The notes under the pieces are model-generated. The model worked only from the letters and a program-made list of their open reading frames with translations. It did not search any database and had not been told where the DNA came from. A program made the translations under genes and the position numbers. Positions 37,794 to 51,639 of a DNA stretch of 64,000 nt are shown piece after piece (positions within the stretch are counted from its first letter, which is position 1; every line of letters starts with the position of its first letter). This DNA comes from Malacoraja senta. Its lineage: Eukaryota. Location: NCBI GenBank assembly GCA_038087875.1, contig CM075991.1, forward strand, positions 1,178,001 to 1,242,000, given 5' to 3'.

Positions 37794-37838
37794 ATGGCGG
37801 ACGTAACCGCTCGCAGTCTGCAATATGAGTACAAAGCG
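37794..37838 (+). CDS. snrnp200: SNRNP200 (BRR2) exon 1
   Basis: MADVTARSLQYEYKA followed by donor GTAAGT; matches the vertebrate SNRNP200 N-terminus. Confidence 0.97.
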
Positions 37839-40374
37839 GTAAGTCGGGCTTGCCTCACCCCGTCCAGAGGCCGAGGGGGGCTGCTCCAAGGTGCGGCTTG
37901 CTTGTGTTAAATTGCCGACTGGGGTTAGACCCGCCCGGGCGGATCGATGAGGCACTAAGGCTGCGTGAGGCCTGCTACGGCGATGAGCCCAGATGGTGGT
38001 GATGGCGGATCAGGGTAGTACACAGCCAAATAAGCAGCAGTGTACACCAAAGAAACATTGGTTAACGAAGTCTGGGACTTGAAACAGACTCTCACGTGTC
38101 TCCGTTTAAATACCCCGCTAAATGGTTCGCGCGGCTTCGGATAGTACGATGACTAATTACAATAAATTGTGCAATTTGGAAGGATTTCTATTTATAAGAA
38201 TCGTACAACAATATTTACGTACAGAGGGAGGTATTTCTAACTGTTGTGTCGGCACCAGTCAAAAAAGAATTACGCAACCGAATTCTGCCTTATTTCACTG
38301 AGTGTCTAGTCATGCAGCTCCATAAGTACGCATTCGGGTTCTATTTAATTGTGGCGAGTTCATGTGCGTGGAGAGTCAGAGTGATACAGTGTGGAAACGG
38401 GTCCTTTGGCACAACTCGCCCACACCGGCCAACAATGTCCCAACTACACTAGTCCCACTTACCTGCGCTTGGTCCATATCCCTACAAACCTGTCCTATCC
38501 ATGTACCTGTCTAACTGTTTCTTAAACGATGGGATAGTCCCAGCCTCAACTACCTCCTCTGGCAGCTTGTTCCATACACCCACCACCCTTTGTATGAAAA
38601 AATGACCCCTCGGATTCCTATTAAATCTTTTCCCTTTCACCTTGAACCCATGTCCTCTGGTCCTCAATTCCCCTACTCTGGGTAAATGTCTCTGTGCCGA
38701 TCTATACCTCTCATGATTTTATATACCTCTATAAGATCACTCTTCATCCTCCTGCACTCCATGGAATAGAGACCCAACCTACTCGACCTCTAAGAAAAGC
38801 TCACACCCTCTAGCCCGGGCAACATCCTCGTAAATCTTTTCTGAACCCTTTCAAGCTTGACAATATCTTTCCTATAACATGGTGCCCAGACTGGACACAA
38901 TATTCTAAATGCGGTCTCACCAACATCTTGTACAACTGCAACATAACCTCCCAACTTCTATACTCAATACTCTGACTGTTGAAGGCCAAAGTGCCAAAAG
39001 CCTTTTTGACCACCATATCTACCTGCGACTCGACCTTCAAGGAACCATGCACCTGTGCTCCATCCTCCAAGATCCCTCTGCTCTAGAACACTACCCAGCG
39101 CCCACCATTTACTGTGCAGGTCCTGCCCTTTATCAACATCCCAAAATGCAACACCTCACACTTCTCTGTATTAAATTCCATCAACCATTCCTCCGCCCAC
39201 CTGGCCAATCGATCCAGACCCTGCTGCAATCAATCACAACTATCTTCACTATCTGCAAAACCACCCAATTTTGTATCATCAGCAAACTTGCTAACCTTGC
39301 TATGTATGTTCTGATCCAAATCATGGATGTAGATGACAAACAGTAACGGGCACAGCAACGAACCCTGAGGCACACACTAGTCACAGGCATCCAGTCCAAG
39401 AAGCAACCTTCCACCATCACCCTCTGCTTCCTTCCATGGTTCCAATTTGCTATCCATTCAGCTATCTCTTCTTGGATCCCATGCGATCTAACCTTCCAGC
39501 GCAGACTACCATGCGGAACCTTGTCGAAGGCCTTACTGAAGTCCATGTACCCAACATCTACAGCTCTGCCCTCATCAACCTTTTTGGTCACGTCTTCAAA
39601 AATATCAATCACATTTGTGAGACACGACCTCCCAAGTACAAAACCATGCTGACTATCCCTAATCAGTCCTTGCCCATCGAAATGCCTGTATATACTATCC
39701 ATATAACCATTACAGCACGGAAACAGGCCATCTCGGCCCTTCAAGTCCGTGCCGAACATTTTTTTTTTTTTTAAATAAATACTACCCCTAGTCCCATCTA
39801 CCCGCACTCAGACCATAACCCTCCATTCCTTTCCCGTCCATATACCCATCCAATCTATTTTTAAAGGATAAAATCGAACCAGCCTCCACCACTTCCACTG
39901 GAAGCTCATTCCACACAGCTACCACTCTCTGAGTAAAGAAGTTCCCCCTAATGTTACCCCTAAACTTCTGTCCCTTAATTCTCAAGTCATGTCCCCTTGT
40001 TTGAATCTTCCCTACTCTCAATGGAAAAAGCTTATCCACGTCAACTCTGTCTAACCCGCTCAAAATTTTAAAGACCTCTATCAAGTCCCCTCTTAACCTG
40101 CGCTCCAAAGAATAAAGACCTAACTTGTTCAACCTTTCTCTGTAACTTAGTTGCTGAAACCCAGGCCTGATTTATAAAGGCCAGCACCCCAAAAGCTTTC
40201 TTTACCACCCTATCTACATGAGATTCCACCTTTAGGGAACTATGCACAGTTATTCCTAGATCCCTCCGTTCAACTGCATTCCTCAATTCTCTACCGTTTA
40301 CCATGTACGTCCTATTTTGATTTGTCCTGCCGAGATGTAGTACCTCACATTTATCAGCATTAAACTCCATCTGC

Positions 40375-42531
40375 GATGCTCATTATCACCACAGCTGTTT
40401 GCTCTCATTATTGAACCGCTAGCAGAAAAAATTAGAATACACCCTGATATCCATGGATATAATACTAAAGACTCATATAATAAAATATCTTTATATGCGG
40501 ATGATATATTACTGTACATTACAAAACCTCAAATCACTCTACCAAATATATTAAATTTAATTGAAGACTTTGGATCTTTTTCTGGATATAGAATAAATTG
40601 GAATAAAAGTGAAATTATGTCAATAAAACCGAAAGATTCAACACATCTTTTAAAATTCCCTTTTAAAATAGTTACAGAAAAATTTAAATACTTGGGAATC
40701 GAAATTACCAGAACATATCAAGGTATGTTTAGGGCAAATTTTGACCCCCTACTTAATAAATTAAACACACTAATTAAATTCTGGAAAACGCTCCCGATGT
40801 CTTTAATAGGCCGAATAAACGCAATAAAAATGAACTTTCTACCACAAATTTTATACCTATTTCAATCGATTCCTATATACTTACCAAAGAAGTTTTTTTA
40901 AAAACTCGACTCAGATATCACTAATTTTATATGGGACTATAAATCACATAGAATACAAAAAACTCATCTGAATAAACCTAAAGTATTAGGGGGTTTAGCA
41001 CTACCTAACTTTATGTATTATTATTGGTCAGTAAATATTAAAAATATGATTCAACTGATGGATAACTCCGCCCAGCAAGTGGACTAGATTGTAATGGAGA
41101 AAGAGGATTGCTCCTCTGGAAACATTGGAGCGATCCTCCTTTCTCCAATGAAATTGAATAACATAAATTATAATAAGAACCCAATTATTCATAGTACAAT
41201 CCGAATTTGGAAACAAATAAAACAAAATTTAAAATTAAGAAATTTATCACTTTTATTACCTATAGTTAATAACCCTTCGTTTAATCCCTCTATTATAGAT
41301 AAAGCTTTTACACATTGGGATAGACTAGGAATTAAAACGCTTGGTGACTTGTATGAAACTGGAAAATTACTTTCATTTCAACAATTACAAATAAAATATA
41401 AACTCGGAAATAATCAATATTTTAAATATTTTCAAATATGCGACTATTTGAAAAAATATACAAAAGATCATTATAATAACCCAGTAGATGTATTGGATGA
41501 GGCAATGCAGATAAAAGCTGCATCAGCAAACTTAATATCATATTTGTATAATATTATCTTAAATGTACAAATACCATCTACGGAGGGTATCAGAAGAGAC
41601 TGGGAACAAGAGTTAGCTATTAAAATTTCAAAGGAAAGTTGGAATAAACACTTATTAAACGTGCATAAATGTTCGATTAATGTAAGACACACTTTAATAC
41701 AATTTAAAATTTTACATATATTATATTATTCGAAAACTAAAATTCATAAAATTTTCCCAAATGTATCATCTATTTGTGATAAATGTCAATCCCAAGAAGC
41801 TACTATAGCGCACTCATTCGTTTTCTGTACAAAAATTCAAAAATTTTGGAATGACATTTTTGAAATCTTTACAAAGTTATTTAAAATAAGACTGATACCC
41901 AAAGCAGAATGGATTATCTTCGGAATAACGGAAGATGGCCCAGAACTAAATGTGTTTCAAAAGAAACTAATGGACTATGGGTTATTAACTGGAAAAAAGC
42001 GAATTCTAAAATTTTGGAAGAAGGCTCCAATACCAACTATAAATATGTGGACTTCAAATATGTTCGAAACATTACACCTAGAAGAGATAAGACACCTGAC
42101 GTGGTCTGCATTTATAGAATTATTACAAATATAGGGTGCAAAAGTACTTTAAAAAAAATTGAGGTCAGGTAAGGGGGGATGCTAGTTGAAGAGTTGGTAT
42201 GTCCCATTTACGTAATGCTCATAAAAATATTTGTTTCTCTCTTTTTCCTCTTTCTCTTTCTCTTTCTTTTCTAGGGTCTATTTCTTAACTCTTTTCCTTT
42301 TGTTTTTAATTTTGCTCTTATAGGGTCTTTGTCCTTTTTTGTTGTCACATTTTCTACACTTTCACTTTTTCCTTCACCTTCTTTCTTTCAATCTTTTATT
42401 TTTCTAGTGTAAAAAATAAATGGAGTACATTAATTGTAAGAAGACATAAGTGACGAGTACTAATGTATGTGGTTGTAAGGTAATGTACTTCTAATAAATA
42501 AATATTTAAATTTAAAAAAAAATTTTTTTTT
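40375..42531 (+). mobile_element. L1-clade LINE, 5'-truncated, with 15-bp TSD
   Basis: LSPQLFALIIEPLA, SLYADDILLY, GGLALPNF and CDKC..HSFVFC; TSD TTAAACTCCATCTGC at 40360-40374 and 42532-42546; AATAAA and A-tail. Confidence 0.92.
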
Positions 42532-45500
42532 TTAAACTCCATCTGCCATCTTTCAGCCCACTCTTCCAAATAGCCTAAATCTCTCTGTAGACTTTGAAAA
42601 TCTACTTCATTATCCACCACACCACCTATCTTAGTATCATCTGCATACTTACTAATCCAATTTTCCACACCATCATCCAGATCATTGATGTACATGACAA
42701 ACAGTGGACCCAACACAGACCCCTGAGGCACCCCACTAGTCACCGGCCTCCAACCTGACAAACAGCCATCCACCATTACTCTCTGGCATCTCCCATTCAG
42801 CCACTGTTGAATCCATCTTGCTACTCCACCATTAATACCCAACAATTTAATCTTCTTAACCAACCTTCCATGAGGAACCTTGTCAAAGGCCTAACTGAAG
42901 TCCATATAGACAACATCCACTGCTTTACCTTCATCAATTTCCCTAGTAACCTCTTCGAAAAATTCTAGAAGATTAGTCAAACATGACCTTCCAGGCACAA
43001 ATCCATGTTGACTGTTCCTAATCAGACCCTGCTTATCCAGATGCTTATATATATTATCTTTAAGTATCCTTTCCATTAATTTGCCCACCACTGACCGTCA
43101 AACTAACAGGTCTATAATTGCTAGGTTTACTCTTAGAACCCTTTTTAAACAACGGAACAACATGCGCAGTACGCCAATCCTCCGGCACTATTCCCATTTC
43201 TAATGACATTTGAAATATTTCTGTCATAGCCCCTGCTATTTCTACACTAACTTCCCTCAATGTCCTCGGGAATATCCTGTCAGGACCTGGAGACTTATCC
43301 GTTTTCATATTTTTCAAAAGTGTCCGCACCTCCTCTTCTTTGAATCTCATAGTTTCCATTGCTACTCTGCTTGTTTGCCTTACCTCACCTAATTCCATAT
43401 CCTTCTCCTTGGTGAATACCGAAGAAAATAAATTGTTCAATATCTCCCCCATCTCTTTTGGCTCTGCAGATAGCTGTCCACTCTGACTCTCTAATGGACC
43501 AATTTTATTCCTTGTTATCCTTTTGCTTTTAATATAGCTGTAGAAACCCTTTGGATTTACTTTCACCTTACTTGCCAAAGCAACCTCATATCTTCTTTTA
43601 GCTTTTCTAATTTCTTTCTTAATATTCTTTTTATATTCTTTATACTCTTCAAGCACCTCATTTACTCCATGCTGCCTATAATTATTATAGATCTCTCTCT
43701 TTTTCCGAACCAAGTGTCCAATTTCCCTTGAAAACCATGGCTCTTTCCAATTTTTACTATTTCCTTTCAACCGAACAGGGACATAAAGATTCTGTACTCT
43801 TAAAATTTCACCTTTAAATGTCCTCCATTTCTCTTCTACATCCTTCCCATAAAACAACATGTCTCCTTTTAAATCCTTTCGCATCTCCTCAAAGTTAGCC
43901 TTTCTCCAATCAAAAATCTCAACCCTAGGTCCAGTTCTGACCCTCTCCATAATTATATTGAAACTAATGGTATTGTGATCACTGGACCCCAAGTGCTCCC
44001 CGACGCTTACCTCCGCCACCTGCCCTGTCTCATTTCCTAACAGGAGGTCCAGCACTGCCCCTTCTCTAGTAGGTACCTCTATGTATTGCTGCAAAAAACT
44101 ATCCTGCACACATTTTACAAACTCCAAACCATCCAGCCCTTTTACAGAATGTGTTTCCCAGGCTATGTGTGGAAAATTGAAAACTCCCACAATCACTACC
44201 TTGTGCTTACTACTAATATCTGCTATCTCCTTACATATTTGCTCTTCCAATTCTCGCTCCCCATTTGGCGGTCTATAATACACCCCTATAAGTGTTGCTA
44301 CACCTTTCCCATTTCTCAGCTCCACCCAAATAGCCTCCCTAGACGAGCCGTCTAATCTATCCTGCCAAAGCACTGCTGTAATATCTTCCTTGACAAGCAA
44401 TGCAACACCCCCACCTCTTGCCCCTCCAATTCTATCACCCCTGAAGCAACGAAATCCTGGAATATTTAATTTCCAATCACAGCCCTCCTGCAACCATGTT
44501 TCACTGATCGCCACAACATCATGCTTCCAGGTGTCAATCCAGACTCTAAGCTCATCCACCTTTCTTACAATGCTCCTAGCATTAAAATATACACATTTAA
44601 GAAACCCACCACCACTTATTCTCTGTTTATTAACTTTTTCTTCTTTCTCCCCTACATTTTGGGTCCGAGTGCTTCCCTTCTCTGCCTCCTGCCTCCCACA
44701 ATTTCTACTATCTTTCTCTATTTGAGTCCCTCCTCCCAACCATTCTAGTTTAAAGTCTCCCCAGTAGCCTTTGCAAATCTCCCCGCCAGGATATTGGTTC
44801 CCGTTGGTTTCAAGTGCAACCCGTCCTTTCTGTACAGGTCACACCTTCCCCAAAAGAAGTCCCAATGATCCAGAAATTTGAATCCCTGCCCGCTGCACCA
44901 GTTCCTCAGCCACGCATTTATCCTCCACCTCATTTCATTCCTACTCTCACTGTCGCGTGGCACAGGTAGTAATCCTGAGATTGTTACCTTTGCAGACCTA
45001 CTCCTTAACTCTTCTCCCAACTCCCTACATTCTCCTTTCAGGACCTCTTCTCTTTTCTGCCTATGTCATTGGTACCTATATGTACCACAACCTCAGGTTC
45101 CTCTCCCTCCGATATCAGGATATCTTGGACGCGTTCAGACACATCCCTGACCCTGGCACCAGGGAGGCAAACTACCATCCGGGTCTCCTGACTGCGTCCA
45201 CAGAATCGCCTATCCGACCCCCTAACCATAGAGTCCCCTATTACTATTGCCCTCCTCTTCTTTTCCCTACCCTTCTGAGCAACAGGGCCGGTCTCTGTGC
45301 CGGAGGCCCGGCCGCTGTTGCTACCCCCAGGAAGGCTGTCCCCCCCAACAGTACTCAAACAGGAGTACTTATTTTCAAGGTGTACAGCCATAGGGGTACT
45401 CACTAGTCCCTGCCTCTGCCCCTTGCCCTTCCTAACCGTGACCCACTTGTCTGCCTCCCGTGGTCTTGGAGTGGCTACCTCCCTATAACTCCTTTCTATG

Positions 45501-45686
45501 ACCTCCTCACTCTCCCAGATCAGACAGAGGTCATCGAGCTGCTGCTCCAGGTTCCTAACACGGTCCCGTAGGAACCCCATCTCTGCGCACCTGACACAGA
45601 TGTGGACGTCTGGAGGGGTATCAGACTCCATGACCTCCCACATCTGACATCCAGAACAGTAAACTGCCCTGGCCCTCATTCTCCCC

Positions 45687-45853
45687 CCTTACCCTGGATA
45701 CAATACCAAGCCTTACCCTGGATGCAATATAAAGCCTTACCCTGGATATAATACAAAGCCTTACCCTGGATGCAATATAAAGCCTTACCCTGGATATAAT
45801 ACAAAGCCTTACCCAGGATACAATATAAAGCCTTACCCTGGATATAATACAAA
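45687..45853. repeat. 24-bp tandem repeat, 7 copies, in the CR1 5'UTR
   Basis: Units CCTTACCCTGGATRYAATAYAAAG, contiguous with no spacers. Confidence 0.95.
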
Positions 45854-46221
45854 CTAGTGGAGGAAATCAGCAGGGATCTGACTCCCAATCAGCTGCTTCC
45901 TCTTAGTCCTCTTCCACCAATCAGCGACTTCCTCACTTATAGGAAACTTGAATGGAACGTTGTAGTTTTTGGCTCCTCCTCCTGCAACGGTCCCTGGGCG
46001 TCTGGAAAGCAAAGCCCCGCGCTGTTTAACTACTCACTACCCGGACGCTGCTCCTCCTCCTGCAACGTATCCCTCAGAATACTCTCCAGTAACTAACCAA
46101 CTACCGATGTTAAGCTCACCGGCCAATAGTTACCAGCATTTTCCCTGCAGCCCTTCTTGAAAAGTGGTACAATATTTGCCACCCTCCAGTCTTCCGGCAC
46201 CTCTCCTGTATTTAAGGACTC

Positions 46222-46428
46222 TGCCTCAGAGGGCGGTGGAGGCCGGTTCTCTGGATACTTTCAAGAGAGAGCTAGACAGGGCTCTTAAAGATAGTGCAGT
46301 CAGGGGATATGGGGAGAAGGCAGGAACGGGGTACTGATTGTGGATGATCAGCCATGATCACATTGAATGGTGGTGCTGGCTTGAAGGGCCGAATGGCCTA
46401 CTCCTGCACCTATTATCTATTGTCTATT
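46222..46428 (+). mobile_element. CR1 3'-end fragment inserted in the older CR1
   Basis: Tail CCTGCACCTATTATCTATTGTCTATT; flanking GACTC duplication. Confidence 0.7.
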
Positions 46429-47685
46429 GACTCGTAAATATCAACCAGGGCTCCCGCAATTTCCTCTGTAGTTTCCCTCAATGTCCTCGGATATATGAGA
46501 TCAGGCCTTGGAGATTTGTCTACCTTCAAACACGACAGTACCTTCAGTACTCCTTCGACAGTAACTCTGACTGCTCTCAAGACAGTTCAATTGACTGCTC
46601 CAATTTCTTCCATCCTACTATCTTTCTCCTCGGTAAATACAGATTCATGAGAGGTCCCATTCTCTCTCTAGTTACCCTTTTCTCCCTTAAATATTTATAA
46701 AATCTTTTAGGATTGTCCCTTAATGCTACCAGTCAGAGCTACCTCCTGGCCCCTTTTTGCCCTTCTGATTTCCTTTTTTAGTTTACTCCTTAGTTCCAGA
46801 AACTCCTTCAGGGATGTACTTGATCTCAGCTGCCCATACCTGTCCCATGAATCCTTCTTGTTTTTGACTAACGTCTCAATTTCCCTCGTCCGCCAAGCTT
46901 CCTTACGTTTGCCTGCTTTGCTCGTCACTCTAACAGGGACATACACATCCTGAGCTTTCTTCAGTACACTTTTAAAAACATCCCACTTGGCCGATGTCCT
47001 TCCTCCTCTAATAACCTGCTCCAGTCAACTTGAGCGAGACCTTCTCTCATACCCTCAAAGTTGTCCTTACCCCAGTTGTGCATTTTAACTTGTGGACCCT
47101 CTACGTCCCTATCCATAACTATCTTAAACCTCATCGAACTGTGGTCACTGGTCCCAAAAGGCTCCTCCACACACACCTCATTAACTTGCACGTCCCAACT
47201 TCCCAATACTAGATCCATTGTTGCCCTCTTACATGTGGGGGCCTCCACATACTGCTTAAGAAAACTCTCCTGAACACTTTTGAGGAATTGCACCCTGTAG
47301 TATACCCCCAACAAAGTGATCATCCCTTTCTTGTTCCTCAGCTCCACCCATATAGCCTCACTAGACGAACCGTGCGGTGAATCTGATCTGGGCGGAGGAG
47401 AGCGTCCAGCACCCGCTGTGGGTCCCAAACGCACCGCCATCGCAACGCTCCGCACCTCCAGCCCCGTCCCCTCTGGTCCCCCTCGCTGGCTCCTGCCCCC
47501 TCCTCCGTGATACCCCCCCTCTCCCCATGGATCTTCCCCCGTCTTTTCTCCGAGCTCGCCCACACGCCAGCATGGACGTAGCTTCTGGTGCTTCCTGGCT
47601 GATCCGAGGCCTGGCTCTGAGGGCGGTGACGGCTGCTGCTCCGGGGAACGCAGGAAGGGAGTGGAGCGGCAACCTCAAGATCCTG

Positions 47686-48150
47686 GGGAGGGAGAGTGGG
47701 GGAGGAGAGGGGATAGAGGGAGGGAAGTAGGGAGGGGAGAGGAGTTATAGAGGGAGGGACTGAGGGTACGGGGAAAGGAGAAGAGGGGATTGGGGAGGGT
47801 AGGAGGAGAGGGAGGTGAGGAGGGAGAGTGGAGGAGGAGGGGGAATAGAGGGAGAGGATGGAGGGAGAGGATGGAGGGAGTGGGGGTGGTAGGGATTGGG
47901 GAATAGAGGGGGAGGAGGGCAGTGGGGGAGGTGAGGAGAGATAGTGGGGGGGTAGGGGGAGGTGAGGAGTGGGGGATAGAGGGATAGGAGGGGGGTAAGG
48001 GACGGGTGAGGAGCGAGGGAGGGAGTGACTGAGGTTAGGGGAAAGGAGAGGGAGAGAGGTAAGGGAGGGATGGGGGGGGGAGGGGAGGAGGAGAGGGGAA
48101 AGAAGAAAGAGGGTGAAGAGGAGGGGGAGAGTGCTAGGGATAAGGGGAAA
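47686..48150 (+). repeat. Purine/G-rich low-complexity tract
   Basis: About 460 nt of GGGGAG/GGAGG runs, almost free of C. Confidence 0.85.
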
Positions 48151-48278
48151 TGAGCTGCGCCTGTCCAGTTGGGGGCTATGGGTGAGTGGTGAAATATTGC
48201 GTTGGGGTTCCAAGCCTCCTGTGTGACAGGGACCCAACGGGTCCCACTTAGTTTAGTTGATTCTAAAATGTCAAATGA

Positions 48279-48590
<312 letters not shown>

Positions 48591-49816
48591 TAAGTAATGC
48601 CTAAAGAGCTGGAGTAGCTCAGTGGATCAGGCAGCATTTATGGAGGACATGGTAGTCTGAAGAAGGTTCCTGACCCGAAATGTCACCAATCCATTAAAGA
48701 TGCTGCCTGACCGCTAAAATACTTCAGTGACAGTGTTTTATTTTTGTAAACCAGCATCTACAGTTCTTTGTGTCTATGTAAAGCCTATATTCTCAACATT
48801 TAAGATTGCAGTTGAATTGTAATTAAAGACATTTATTTGCCACTTAGTCATGGTGTACCAATTTTCCATGTGTGTGTTTATTTTGAATGGTAAAATAGTT
48901 TAAGTAGCATGTCTGGAATAATTGAGAAATCAGAACATAGAAACATAGAAAATAGGTGCAGGAGTAGGCCATTCGGCCCTTCGAGCCTGCACCGCCATTC
49001 AATATGATCATGGCTGATCATCCAACTCAGTATCCTGGTTAAATATTTATGTTCAATATTTTTATTAATGTATTTAAACATACAGAGCTTTCCAAATGAT
49101 AGGACTAAACTTGAATTTGAATGTATATTAAGTCACTTAGAACAATTTATTCCTTACATTTAATCAGCTTGCAAAGGACATTGAAATATATGAAAGGAAA
49201 TATTTATCTTCTATGCACCACAAGAAATTATATCAGGGCCATCCACTGGCATTTATATCCCTGCAGCTGTTAAAATAATTATACATTCAGCTTTCCCGTT
49301 CATATGAATAGAGACTCATTTTTTCTACATTGGACAACAGTTTTAATTTTTCTATGGATGTACGGAAACTTAATTATATCTTCTATGTAAAGCACTTTGG
49401 TTTCAACGCGAGTTGATTTAAACGTGCTATATAAATAAAATGTACTTACTTACTTGTGAGAGTACAGGAGAGAAGAAGCTGGTTATCTGGTGATATTTGT
49501 TTGTGCATTTAAAAAAATTTCTTCTGTTTTCATTAAAAAATGAAGACATTCAGAAAGTCACATGACAGAGGGACTGATCTCTGGTACTTTCGAGGTGATG
49601 TGCTAAGATGCTGTGTAAATGTAATTCTGTATTCGGGATTATGGTTGATACATGAATAAATGTGTGCCAGTCAGTTATGACAAGTCTTTGCAGGTCTTTT
49701 ATTTTTGTTGCCTGGGAGTTTACTAGAATATTTCTGGTAAGACTTCTAGACCATGTTTCCTATTCTGTGAGCTGGTTATGTTTTTCCCACATAATATATT
49801 GCTGTATTCAAATTAA

Positions 49817-50152
<336 letters not shown>

Positions 50153-51393
50153 TAAAATACGCTGAAGCTTAATTTCAACGCTGAAGGAACATTGTTTTGT
50201 CAAGGATTGCTGCCTTCCCAATCAGACTTTGATTTACCTGCCTGCAAGAAATTACATGCCACTGTCCCACAGCAGTGGGGAAACCATGTTCACTAAAGAA
50301 CAAGGACATTTGTATGGCCTAGAATGCAGTGCAGACGGAGAATTTGAAGGCGTCTGTGCAAGTGGCGGAGGAGGAGGTGTGGTCCACATAACTGATTTGA
50401 GAGAATAGCTGATTGTTCAACACAGATGGATAGCCAGCAACACAGAACTGTAATCTATGTATATAAGAGTGCTAGTTGAAGAATTTATAAGAAAAGAAAG
50501 AAAGAATATTTAGAATTTCTTTGCTGATTGTTTTCAAAATGAATGTTTTTAGCCATGGTAAACCAATAGGGTAGCAAATGGTTTTGTTTTGTTCCAAAAC
50601 GCTACTGTGCACTGGCGTTTAAAGCCAACATACAATCATCTCTCTGCATTGAAACCATAAGCAAACAGTGAATCTTGGTGTTGTAAAGATGTTTAGGAAT
50701 TAATCGATTTCCATTTGTATAACCTGGAACGTACTATTTTCAGGACAGTGATTGGTCTTGCACAATGTAACACATTTTGAGCAAAACCATTGATTATTCA
50801 ACACTTTGTACAATCCGAATAATTTGGTAATAATCGCATACTGATTTGACGTCATAAAATTAATTCTGCCCGATAAAGATTGTTCACTAGTAATGGAAAA
50901 CAAATAAAATTGCAAAACTAAAATAGAAAGGCTGGAAGAAGTCATCCAGTCAAGCGGTATCAAGATTATTCACCAAATACTGATAAGATAATGTTTTGCC
51001 TTTTAATTGATTACGTTTTGACAGGTTAATATTTGAATAATTTTTTCACTTATTTTCATTGTTTTTTATTTGTTATTTTAGTTTTCAAATATAATGCACT
51101 TCCTTTCTTACTGTTTATTCCGACCCTGTTCTGTCATAGTTGAGCGTTTCTTATCTCGTGTGCCTTATGTACTTGCGTCACTGCTGAAGGTACATGTGGA
51201 ATAGATAGGACAAATATATTGCTCGCTGTATTTCCTCTTTGCAGTTACATCTGAAATACATACAATGAGTGAGTTAACATGGGAAAAGCAACGGGGTAAA
51301 TTTAGCACTCTGAGTGCTGCATTGTTTATATTTATAATAAGACTAGCTTTCCTTTACACGTGCAGCAGGGAGATTATCTTGTTTCTTTTCTAG

Positions 51394-51586
51394 CCCCGTG
51401 ATATCCTCTGTGGAGCAGCAGATGAGGTCCTGGCTGTGCTGAAAAATGATAAACTGCGTGACAAGGAGCGGCGAAAGGAGATAGAAATGCTACTGGGGCA
51501 ATTGGAAGATACTCGTTACCATGTGCTTGTAAATCTGGGAAAGAAAATTAGTGACTATGGAGGAGACAAAGAGGTGCAGAATATGG
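51394..51586 (+). CDS. snrnp200: SNRNP200 exon 4
   Basis: [42 protein letters not shown] acceptor, GTAAGC donor. Confidence 0.97.
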
Positions 51587-51639
51587 GTAAGCAGGATCAA
51601 TACTTCCCAGTTAATAAAGATGCTGAAACTCTTCACAAT

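Larger units (their letters stand above)
39701..46067 (-). mobile_element. Apparently 5'-complete CR1 LINE: ORF1 (zinc finger/coiled coil plus SGNH esterase, 45679-44745) and ORF2 (from 44739), split by an L1
   Basis: ORF1 has CxxC..CxxC, GDSMVR, HIGTND and DGLH. ORF2 gives a 559-aa endonuclease segment followed by [13 protein letters not shown] and YADD. A short duplication TATCC lies at 39696-39700 and 46068-46072. Confidence 0.88.
38375..47372 (-). mobile_element. Older CR1 (38375-39700 and 46068-47372) hosting nested insertions
   Basis: The RT frame ..ESILRD|SIYRHFDGQGLIRDSQHGF joins across the insertion; the endonuclease fragment SSSEAIWVELRNKKG is near 47340. Confidence 0.8.

Noticed and set aside
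45687..45853. CRISPR-like array
   Set aside because: The units are contiguous with no unique spacers, the context is a eukaryotic LINE 5'UTR, and there are no cas genes.
50271..50377. Candidate poison exon in SNRNP200 intron 3 (CACAG|CAG..TAA..GAG|GTGTGG)
   Set aside because: Weak polypyrimidine tract and donor; such sites are expected by chance without conservation or RNA evidence.
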